NCBI RefSeq assembly: GCF_009914755.1
Contig: NC_060934.1
DNA from: the human T2T-CHM13v2.0 reference genome, Homo sapiens
DNA length: 64,000 bases
Direction: 5' to 3' (one strand)
Part shown: piece after piece, positions 1 through 12,332 of the stretch
Numbering within the stretch: the stretch's first letter is position 1
Layout: the number at the start of each line of letters is the position of its first letter
The notes under the pieces: model-generated
What the model was told of the DNA's origin: nothing
The model's input: only the letters and a program-made list of their open reading frames with translations
The model's database searches: none
Translations under genes and position numbers: made by a program

Positions 1-1
1 C

Positions 2-526
2 CACTTGGTGCAGAGCTGAGTTCAATTCCTGGGTATCCTTGTTAACTTTCTGTCTATTTGATCTGTCTAATGTTGACAGGGGGGTGTTAAAGTCTCCCAT
101 TATTATTGTGTGGGAGTCTAAGTCTCTTTGTAGGTCACTAAGGACTTGCTTTATGAATCTGGGTGCTTCTGTATTGGGTGCATATATATTTAGGATAGTT
201 AGCTCTTCTTGTTGAATTGATCCTTTTATCATTATGTAATGGCCTTCTTTGTCTCTTTTGATCTTTGTTGGTTTAAAGTCTGTTTTATCAGAGACTAGGA
301 TTGCAACCCCTGCCTTTTTTTGTTTTCCATTTGCTTGGTAGATCTTCCTCCATCCCTTTATTTTGAGCCTATGTGTGTCTCTGCACGTGAGATGGGTTTC
401 CTGAATACAGCACACTGATGGGTCTTGACTCTTTATCCAATTTGCCAGTCTGTGTCTTTTAATTGGAGCATTTAGCCCATTTACATTTAAAGTTAATATT
501 TTTATGTGTGAATTTGATCCTGTCAT
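2..526 (-). pseudogene. L1 ORF2p endonuclease domain (175 codons, open to the window edge)
   Basis: Manual translation MTGSNSHIKILTLNVNGLNAPIKRHR...CIQETH...NIYAPN...MGDFNTPLS...ALHQV with no stop; catalytic motifs present. Confidence 0.92.
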
Positions 527-589
527 TATGATGTTAGCTGGTTATTTTGCTCGTTAGTTGATGCAGTTTCTTCCTAGCCTGGATGGTCT

Positions 590-1599
590 TTACAATTTGG
601 CATGTTTTTGCAGTGGCTGGTACTGGTTGTTCCTTTCCATGTTTAGTGCTTCCTTCAGGAGCTCTTTTAGGGCAGGCCTGGTGGTGACAAAATCTCTCAG
701 CATTTGCTTGTCTGTAAAGTATTTTATTTCTCCTTCACTTCTGAAGCTTAGTTTGCCTGGATATGAGATTCTGTGTTGAAAATTCTTTTCTTTAAGAATG
801 TTGACTATTGGTCCCCACTCTCTTCTGGCTAGTAGAGTTTCTGCTGAGAGATTAGCTGTTAGTCTGATGGGCTTCCCTTTGTGGGTAACCCGACCTTTCT
901 CTCTGGCTGCCCTTAACATTTTTCCTTCATTTCAACTTTGGTGAATCTGATAATTATGTGTCTTGGAGTTACTCTTCTGGAGGAGTATCTTTGTGGTGTT
1001 CTCTGTATTTCCTGAATTTGAATGTTGGCCTGCCTTGATAGATTGGGGAAGTTCTCCTGGGTAATATCCTGCAGAGTGTTTTCCAACTTGGTTCTATTCT
1101 CCCTGTCACTTTCAGGTACACCAATCAGATGTAGATTTGGTCTTTTCACATAGTCCCATATTTCTTGGAGGCTTTGTTCATTTCTTTTTATTCTTTTTTC
1201 TCTAAACTTCTCTTCTTGCTTCATTTCATTCATTTTGTCTTCCATCACTGATACCCTTTCTTCCAGTTGATTGCGTCGGCTACTGAGGCTTCTGCATTTG
1301 TCACGTGGCTCTCGTGCCTTGGTTTTCAGCTCCATCAGGTCCTTTAAGGACTTCTCTTCATTGGTTATTCTAGTTATCCATTCATCTAGTTTTTTTCCAA
1401 AGCTTTTACGTTCTTTGCCATTGGTTCGAATTTCCTCCTGTAGCTCGGAGTAGTTTGATCTTCTGAAGCCTTCTTCTCTGAACTCATCAAAGTCATTCTC
1501 CATCCAGCTTTGTTCCATTGCTGGTGAGAGGCTGCATTCCTTTGGAGGAGGAGAGGTGCTCTGATTTTTAGCAGTTGTTCTGCTCTGTTTTTTTCCCAT
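590..1599 (-). pseudogene. L1 ORF1p, frameshifted
   Basis: MGKKQSR...FTKVEMKEK then MLRAAREKG...QKHAKL* in another frame; one A lost in the run at ~918-922. Confidence 0.93.
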
Positions 1600-2259
1600 C
1601 TTTGTGGTTTTATCCACCTTTGGTCTTTGATGATGGTGACGTACAGATGGGTTTTTGGTGTGGATGTCCTTTCTGTTTGTTAGTTTTCCTTCTAACAGAC
1701 AGGACCCTCAGCTGCAGGTCTGTTGGAGTTTGCTAGAGGTCCACTCCAGACCCTGTTTTCCTGGGTATCAGCAGCAGAGGCTGCAGAATAGCAGATATTG
1801 GTGAACCCCAGATGCTGCTGCCTGATCGTTCCTCTGGAAGTTTTGTCTCAGAGGACTACCCGGCCGTGTGAGGTGTCAGTCCGCCGCTACTGGGGGGTCC
1901 TTCCCAGTTAGGCTACTCAGGGGTCAGGGACCCACTTGAGGAGGCAGTCTGCCCGTTCTCAGATCTCAAGCTGCGTGCTGGGAGAACCACTACTCTCTTC
2001 AAAGCTCAGTTGGAAATGCAGAAATCACCCATCTTCTGCGTCGCTCATGCTGGGAGCTGTAGACCAGAGCTGTTCCTATTCGGCCATCTTGGCTCCCAAC
2101 TCCATTTACTCTTAATTATTTGTGAATTAAACCACTTGCATTAGCGAAATGCAGTCAGTGTTCATATGAAACAAGATGGAAAATGGTAAATACTGATTGA
2201 TGATTGACTCATTCAATAAATATTACCCGTTGAGTGAAAGCTCCCATTTATTGCCTTGT

Positions 2260-2435
2260 ATCTAAGTATTCCTCATGCATTAGCTCATGCAATCTTCAGA
2301 ACATTATTTTGAGTTAGTTAATATTAGTGTCATTTAAAGATGAGCAAATAAGAACCAGAGAGGTTGCCATAGCCTAAGGAATAGAGAGTGTGAAGTCAGA
2401 ACTTGAACCTATGTGGATCTTGACTCCAAAGATTC
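2260..2435 (-). mobile_element. MIR fragment
   Basis: Degenerate match to the reverse MIR core (agatgag...agagaggtt...cttgaacc...tgactccaaag). Confidence 0.55.
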
Positions 2436-3568
2436 AAATTATTTCTGTCAAGCTGTTTCCGGTATGAATCTATTACGAGCAACACATGGTCTAGTCTTTG
2501 TAAAAGAGATAAATAATAACAATACATAACAATACATAGACCTTGCCTTCAAGGAGGTAGACATGAAGAGAAAAGTGATATATGTGATACCATTCTTCCT
2601 TACTCTCATCTCAATCAAATCTACATAGGCAGCCAGTGTGATTTGTTCTCTTTTTTTCTTTTAGATTACAAGCATGATTGCATTATATTTACTCCTCAGC
2701 TGAAACCTTTCATGTCTTCTCCCCTGCATGTTGAATAGATCCCAGAATTGTTTCCATGACCCGTAAAACCGGACATGAGCTGAGCCCAGACTTTTCTCGA
2801 AGCCAATCTCGTTTCACTATCAAAGTCTGGCAGTCAAGCTGAGGTCCTTCAACACCCGCATTTTCTACACACCTTAGAATATAGAAGTTGGCCCCTGCCC
2901 CTTTGTCTGTCTGACCCCCCACCGTCATCATCCCAGGCTCCGTTTTCTTAACACCACAGCTTTTCTTACTCTATGTTTAGAATTTTATCCTAGCACTTAT
3001 CATAATTTAATTAGGTATTCTGTGTTCATTATTTCATGTCCATCAGCCCTGGTAGACAACAGCCACAGCAAAGCAGAGAAGACAGGACAGAAGGGATATA
3101 CAGGAGATAGGGATTCGTTTGTTTTGTTATTTGGGGTTTTGGTATGTTAAAAGAGGAAAAAGGAAGTAAGGTTGGGGTATTGGATTGGAGTTGGTTGGGG
3201 AGAGTAATTTTGGACATGTCCAATATGAGAGGTACTAGAAATGAAGGGATCTTAATTTCACAAATTTGATCTGTCACTAACAGTATGGCATTTAGTCATC
3301 TATATTTTTCATTCATAACATGGGATTATGGCCCTAATATTTTATTGCTTAACTAGATTTTATAAAGTTGATATTCATTCTTACAAAATTCTTTCAGACT
3401 TAAAATGCTGTATCAAAGTATTTTTTCTACAAAGTATAGGCACTCTGGGACTCCATTAATATCCCTTTGGTATGGCAAATAAAATCACATTGATAGAAAA
3501 AACTTTACATGCCATTTTACCATTTCCCCATGCTTTATAAGTGATTTAAACTCAACAGTGCCTCTCAC

Positions 3569-3613
3569 CTTGCTGAGAATCCCCAGTAAACTCCCCAGCA
3601 GCAACTGAGTATC
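3569..3613 (-). CDS. ITGA8: ITGA8 exon 8 (45 nt); gene continues beyond the left edge
   Basis: aaacag|GA...CAAG|gtgaga; encodes GYSVAAGEFTGDSQQ(E), the integrin Ca-binding loop. Confidence 0.96.
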
Positions 3614-4589
3614 CTGTTTTAAAGAAAAAGAAAGAAACTAATCACACTTAATGACTTAACCTAATGAGTTATATCTAGAAAAAGGTGAAAGGGCTACCAT
3701 GGTACTGCTTTATTTAGAAACCTCTACAAATATTATAAAAGTTAAAGATTCTATAAAGGGAAAAATTAATCACACCAAAAGGAACACTTTTATACTAAGT
3801 CCTGAGTGCATAATAGATTATCTACTACTTAAGTAGGAGCAAAGCAAAAAAAAAAAAAAAAAAAAGAGGGAGATATTCTGAGGTCAATTTTAAAAGCATG
3901 GATACTTCATAATCCACCTTGAGTGTAAATGGTGGCTGTTGCATTTTAAGAGCTGCTGATTGAAAATAATGAGACAGAATACTCTGAAAGATTTCCTTTG
4001 GGCTCAGGTTTTGCTATTTCTGGTCACCGGTAAGACCTACTTCCTAATACCTCATGATGGTTTTCCACAATTTAGTTTAGCTCTAAAGTGAGGTGCTGGC
4101 TACATTGACAAAACATAGCTACATTTCTTTTTCAAATTCATCAAGCAATCAAATGGCCACTAGGAACCAAAGTTGGGAAACAGTAGTGGTGAAATGACAT
4201 TGTGTGGTTTGTGCATAATATAATTTGAGAATATTCCAGCAACTCAAACTTCTCTTGTGCGTCTCTGTTAACTAAGAAGGCTGCTATCATCCTGTCCCTG
4301 TCACACTGGTAGCAGCCCTGCTAATACATAGTATCTACTACTGGTGAAATAGTTCATGTGCAAAAAACTGCTATGGAGCCAACAAAATAGCTGCTCACAT
4401 TATGTATTACACATCGCGGCTGGAAAAATAGCAGTATTAAAAAGAAAAGAAAAATTGAGTCCACTCTAATAAGAGAACATTTGTATAAGATGCCAAATAA
4501 CATCGGATAAGTCAGGGATAAAACTTGCATCTACATTTACTATGCTTGTCTTTTGAAAAACCACAAATGTCTTGGGCAATGGGTCTTAC

Positions 4590-4715
4590 CAAGGTAACTG
4601 TCATCATAGGAAGCTGGAGCCACTTCCGTCTGCTTTTCTCCTGCCAGTTTCCTGAGGATATCCTTGAATGAGTAATTTGCAATGATATCTGCAACACTGG
4701 CAGTGATCACTTGTC
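4590..4715 (-). CDS. ITGA8: ITGA8 exon 7 (126 nt)
   Basis: cacag|GA...CTTG|gtaaga; encodes GQVITASVADIIANYSFKDILRKLAGEKQTEVAPASYDDSYL. Confidence 0.97.
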
Positions 4716-5029
4716 CTGTGTTTAAACAAATTAATACGTTAACTGAATGAAAGCAAGAGGCAGGCCCTCCATGAGCAGACCCACATTCCCTTGAAAGCTA
4801 TGGTGGAATTGCTTGCTTTTTTGATGATGAATTTTCCCGCCTGCCGCTCAAACTCCAAGGCAGAGTTAGTTACAGCTGGGTAGAACTTTCCATTCTGACA
4901 GAAGACCTGAGATGAACTACAATATTTTATTGGTCTTCCTGCTGCTTTTAACATACACACTCCACCTCCAAATGATAAAAGTATCCAAGAGTGGAGGCCA
5001 AATTTGCAAGTAAAATTTATGTGATGTAA

Positions 5030-5348
<319 letters not shown>

Positions 5349-6615
5349 ATGATGTAATTTTTATTCTGGAATATTCCACCTGGAAGGAAGCTTTGAGATC
5401 ATTTGGTCAAATATAGCTTCTTCTAGGTGGAGAAACTGAAGCCCAAAGAGCTACAGTGCATTCTCTAAGGTCATATGGTTTTGCTAATAGGATATCAGGC
5501 ATTACAGCCAACATTTCCTTTGGTATTCTAATAAAACATTTTGTGCTCTTGCAAAGCATAGATACTGTATTCAATCTAAATCACATATCTGATTAATAGA
5601 TGATAAAATATATCAGCTAAGTTAAATGAAGGAATTGTAAACTCTTTGAGCCATCTGCTTTTCTTGCTAAAATATAGAGAGAGCATAAAATTAGGACAAT
5701 GGGAAGCAGCTAGGTCCAATGAGATCCAAAATTCAGCAAAAGAGAAATCCATGGGCACCAACATTGACGTGATAAGAACTTTGGTTAATCTCTCTCAAAA
5801 GTCACTGTCAGAAGTCTTGAAATACGATTGCCTTGGGGTAGACAAGTATCTAAAAGACAACCAGCAATTTCCGCTGCAATTTCTATGCATTCCCATGTTT
5901 ACCATGGACATCTAAGGCAAAAGTGTGATATCATGCTCTTTGGCAGAAAACTGAAGAAATGCGTTCAAAAGACTATCATTTAACATTAATTTGAAAGCCA
6001 AATTAGTCTTTGGGAATTCACACAAAATTCCCACAGTCTTTCTGTTGGAAGTCCACAAAAGAATGAAACTGTCAAACTAGATCATAAATATTGCCAAGTG
6101 ACTGGGACTTGAAATGACTATTCTGATATTAAGACCATGGTATTTACACATGAGTTTCTGAACACTGTCTGTAGAATTTGCCAGTTGTCTCTGGGTTACA
6201 GCTAAATACCCTCTTTCCTCCATCCCACATACACACTGTCTTTGCTGTTTCCTTTAGCTATGTCTATACACATATACACATTATCATCTTAAACCTGAAT
6301 AAAATTTTAAATTCTATGTCTCAAACATATGTTTCTATATGCCATTGCTATGGCAAATTTTTAGCAAATCATTTGTCTCAGACATTTTTTCAGTTTAAGG
6401 AGAAGAATGGATTATGTGAAATTAACCAAGTGAATTAGAAGAAAACCTTCCGTAAATATAATTTTAATTTTGTAGCCATCTGTTGTGCAAAATATATAGT
6501 TTTTCAGTTTGCAGAGTAGTTTTTAAATACCAAAATGTTAATTGTTTGATGTTTATAATTGTATATGCATGAACTGAGCTTAACATTAAGTTTATATACA
6601 ATTTTATCATAAATC

Positions 6616-6946
<331 letters not shown>

Positions 6947-7079
6947 TCAATGACTTTTAAACATGATCAAGTTTCTTCCATTAAAAAAATTCCTCCCTCA
7001 ACTCTTAATCTCAGATTCTACTCTGTCCTAAACTTTATAGCCCAAATTATAGAATCTTCTCAGTATTCTCTCTCTAGGC

Positions 7080-8650
7080 CTCCCATCTATACCCATGGAC
7101 TGAGTTATCACCAGTATGAAGTGATGAAAATTTATATTTCACTCTAGATGGTCTCTGGGCTTAAGCCCTAAATACTTAGGTGAAACCCTTTGGGTATCTC
7201 AAATATTTTCATACACAACAGAACAAGAAGTAAACTCATCATCTTCCCTCTCCAGGCCACTCTAAACTGGTCCTCTTCCAGTGTTCTGTATCTCAGTGAG
7301 CGGCACCCACCTACAGCCATTCAGTAGCAGGCGTCAGAAACACTCCCTTACCACCTTTCTTCCCTTACCAGCATATATCCAACCCATCATTTAGGCTGCT
7401 TATTTTGCCTCCAAAGTATTTCTCAAATTTCTCTTCTTTTACAGTCAGTACCATCATCGCTCTAAGAAACAGACAACTTTACCTGAAACTTATACAACTT
7501 GTTTACCTTATAAACTTAAAATTAGTTTATATCCTTGTAACAACCTTGTAACTACTTTGCTGATATTTCACCTTGGCCAACTTTCAATCTATTTTCTGTA
7601 ACGCAGCCAGAATGATCCTTTCAAAACATAATTTGATTGTAGCACTCCATGCTTAAACTCACTTCATAGTTTGTCACTACACTCAGGACAAACAACATCT
7701 TCTTACTCTAGCTAAAGCCATCTATTTAAACTCTTAAAATCCCCCAGTGGTTTTCCATAGTTTGTAGAATAAAGACAAAACTGCTTAGCATGGACTGCAA
7801 GCCTTCAATGTGAAACCTGAATAAAATTTTAAATTTCTATGTCTCAGACAAATGCTTGTATATGCCATTGCTATGGTAAATTTTCAGCAAATCATTTGTA
7901 TCCTACGTTTTTTCAACCAAAAGAATGGATGATGTGAAATTAACATAATTTATGGTAAAAATATCATGAAAATTTATGATAAATTTTTTATTAACATAAT
8001 AATGTTAATTTCACATCATCCATTCTTTTGTGAAATTAGCGGGCCACTCCATACCACCCAAGCTCTTCTTCCCTCACTCTCTTAACTCCGGTCACCTTGA
8101 CTTTCCTCCATTCTCACCTACGCTGCCCTCCTGCCTCCCACAGTACATCTGCACGTGGTCCCTCTTCTCTTCACCTAGGTACTCCTACGTAAGGTCCAGA
8201 TCTCAGTTCAGGGTTGTTTGCTTTCCAAGTTAACTTTGCGTTGCTGCTGGCCTATGCAGCACCTTAGCAAGAATTAGAAGACGTAATTTCCTCTCAGCAG
8301 ATGCTGTCTGTACCTGGGTTCATGGCTCCATAAGCAGAGCACAGGTTGTATTCCAGCTCCCTGTCAGCCAGTGGTCAGAGGACAAAACACACCTGTCCAC
8401 AGCCACCCAGGAGAAGCCTCCTAATTTCTCCCAGCCCCATCACCACATGCCTTTGCTTCGGATTGTGTATCACAGTTGGGGTTTCTTGGGTACCCCTGTG
8501 ACAGTTCGATTAATGCCTGTTATCATTCTCTAGATACTAACCTCCATGACAGTAAGAACAATGTCTGTTTTTACTCATTAATGTGTCCCCAGCCTCTACC
8601 ACAGAGCTTGGCAGAGCCTCAACACATTGTTGATGGAGAAATGAATTGTT
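7080..8650 (+). mobile_element. L2 fragments, interrupted at ~7813-8038
   Basis: L2 3' motifs such as aaactcatcatcttccc and gcagccagaatgatcctttcaaaaca; L2 tail near 8560-8645. Confidence 0.6.
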
Positions 8651-8686
8651 AAGTTGCAAGAGTATTTTAAAATATTATTTACATTA

Positions 8687-8995
<309 letters not shown>

Positions 8996-9024
8996 AATGA
9001 GAGTACAAATCGAAATGATGCTTT

Positions 9025-9420
9025 TGTTCTCACTCATACATGGAAGCTAAAAAAGTTGATCTCATCGAAGTAGAGAGTGGAAAAGTGGTTACTAGAGGCA
9101 AGGATGAATAGAGATTCAGGTATAGCCAGAGATGGGTTAATGTACACAAAAGTACAGCCTGGTAGGAGGAATAAGTTCTAACATTCTATAGCACTATAAG
9201 GTGAATATAGTTAACAACAATTTATCTCATATTTTTAAATAGCTAGAAGAGATTTAAAATGTTCCCAACACAAATGATCAATGTTTGAGGTGATGGTTAT
9301 GCTAATTACCCTGATTTGATCATTACACATCATAAGCATGTATGAAAATATCACATGTACCCCATAAATATGTACAATTGTTTTGTCAATTAAAATAAAA
9401 TATTAAAAGCAAAAAAAAGA
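9025..9420 (+). mobile_element. L1MA/MB 3' end
   Basis: tgttctcactcata...gctaattaccctgatttgatcattacaca...tgtcaattaaaataaa followed by an A tail. Confidence 0.8.
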
Positions 9421-9558
9421 AATAACGCTTCATTTGAGAAACTATGAATAAGGATATAAAATTAAGGTAATAGAAAGTAAACATTTAACACTACTTCTGG
9501 GTCCATCCTTCTGTTAGTAACAACAAATGTGCTTTTCTTGTCTGCCAACAGAACATAC

Positions 9559-9604
9559 CTTGCCAGTAGAAACTCCCAGGTCCTCCCACAATAAGGTCTC
9601 CATT
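9559..9604 (-). CDS. ITGA8: ITGA8 exon 6 (46 nt)
   Basis: ttgtag|AAT...CAAG|gtatgt; encodes NGDLIVGGPGSFYWQ. Confidence 0.97.
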
Positions 9605-10676
9605 CTACAAAACAGAAACAGCAACAGCAACCATAATTGGAAAAGAAATACTAAACATTTTTAAAGGGTGATAAATTGTTGTTAATAAGCATTGCTCTAA
9701 CAATTTGTTACACATAAAAAGCAATTTTTAAAAGAGATCCTTCGGAGGCCTGCAGTTCATTTTCTTTCCTCTTTTGTTTTCAATTATTTAGTGTGTTATC
9801 ATATTAAATAATTTTAATTTGACTCAATTAGGTAAGTTGAACTCTCTCCCTTGAGAGAGATAAATTCTGTTTTTTGGCACTGCCTCATAAGCAAAATATC
9901 AACATGTTTAGTGCTGTGCAGTTTTGCAGACATGGTCTTTTGAGCCTTCGTGATAGAAATAAAATTCTGTTCCAATTTATTTCAAGGACATAGTAATGCC
10001 TATTTTTTTCCATACATCCCCAGTGCCACCCCCTTCTCAGGAGAAAGAGCAAACACTCCAGACTAGCAAATATAAACATTTTCTCATGAATTGACATCCT
10101 CACCTTTCGTGCCTCATATCTTTAACTCTCAGTGGAAAATATAAAAACAAAAAAGTAATGATAAAAGACAGTAAACAGTTTATACGTTGATGAAATTTTT
10201 CTATACTATTTTCAAAACCACAGAATCTTTTCCCTCTACATTCTTACTGAACATCTCTTTTTAATTTTTTGAAAGGATATATGAATTTTAATATTAATAT
10301 TAAATGTAACTGGTCAATTACAGTTAACAAAACAATGAATAGATTCATGTGATCTTTTTAAGAAACATTACTGAGTTTTTTAGATTTTCATTTAAAAAAT
10401 TATTGCCACAAAGGATCAGAAGAAAGGCTGTTGCTTTTTATCATGTCTATTTCTCTACTATTTAATAGGCCGCTATGTGCATAAATTATTTACATAAAAA
10501 TAAAAAGTGAATGGAAAAATTTTTTTAGAAAGCATTTGCCCAAACAGGCTAGGTATGTTCCTCAAGATTCTTTGGTTCTTTGGTGGTGGTGGTGGTTTTG
10601 GGGTGTGGGAGTGAGAGGCAGAGGGTAAAAAAAAATCAGATTAAATATTAGGAACTGCGAGACCAAAATAATTCAC

Positions 10677-10738
10677 CTTATAAAAATCCAGACTAAATCC
10701 TGCTTGGCAGTAACCCTGGCCTTCCGGATCAGCATTGC
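10677..10738 (-). CDS. ITGA8: ITGA8 exon 5 (62 nt)
   Basis: ttctag|GC...AAG|gtgaat; encodes SNADPEGQGYCQAGFSLDFYK. Confidence 0.97.
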
Positions 10739-11257
10739 CTAGAACGATCAAAATACATAAATGTTATAACGTTATCATTCCTGAAATATTTTTTAATAAC
10801 CAATTCAGGATATTATGTTATTTTCTCTAGAACCTTCTAAATTAAAAATGATCAATATGTGTTTTATGTTTATTTTTAAAATGTTGTTCAAGTAATTTAT
10901 TAAACATATTTCTGTCTATTTTCTTACACCAAATAGCGTTGTGATTCTCTAGTAAGATCAACAGGAATAACATCCCTTTTGGCTACTCTATTGGGTTTTA
11001 TGACTCACTTTCATTTGAAGAAATAAAATCTCTATCTTTGACTATATTCCAAATTTCCCATGAGGCAATAACGTGTCTCTCTTTTGCCCCCTCGTGCTGT
11101 GTGAAGGCAGATAGGTCTGTCATTCCCAAAAGTTGACACCTTGAGGAAGAAGGGGCAGTGCAAGATGACCTTTGTAGATGTCATCTTCTGGGCCACCAAT
11201 AAGCATTTCCACTGTTACGCTCTTTAAGAGGAACTTAATTTTAAATTATCCTATTAT

Positions 11258-11565
<308 letters not shown>

Positions 11566-12139
11566 CTATTATAATAGGCTAGGTAAATTGGGAAATTGCA
11601 TTTCTGGTCACAGTCTCACTGGACATTGCAATGCTAGTGTTCACAAAAGAGAAAATTCTAGTAGTGGCTTATCTTGCTTTCTATCCAATATGATTCACTA
11701 ACTCATTGTCCAATAGGATCTCATGGTACAGTTGTAAGCTATAGGCAGGCCAACACGTTGATTTCAAGGCTATTGTTATCAAAAGTCTGTAGGGCATTAG
11801 GACCAGGAATTTACTACTTGTAACTTGTACTTTAAAAGAGTTTCTACAACTTCTAACATGCCTAAAATAGCCAAAATGTAGTGAATTAAGTAGAGGGAAT
11901 CTCAATCCTGCATAGTTAGATTTGGACATGTAAATAATTATTTCTTTCTTATCAAGGATATTCCTCAATGGAAACTGAAATAAGAGAACAGGAAAGGAAA
12001 TACATGTCATCACAGGAAATATTGATGACTGGGCATGCGCCTGTTCAGAAGCTTTTTGAAATGGACCTGGCCTTTCCGGCTTCCCTTAGAATGTCTTCCG
12101 GTTTTTTCTTTCCTTTGGTCATTAGTTAGCTAGTTTTAG

Positions 12140-12332
<193 letters not shown>

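Larger units (their letters stand above)
1..2103 (-). mobile_element. 5' part of a primate L1PA (about L1PA3-PA5) with spliced 5'UTR, sense to ITGA8, in intron 8
   Basis: Starts GGGAGCCAAGATGGCCGAATAGGAACAGC (YY1 site), then 5'UTR, ORF1, 63-nt spacer and ORF2 start; upstream flank tt/aagagtaaat resembles an L1 endonuclease site. Confidence 0.95.
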
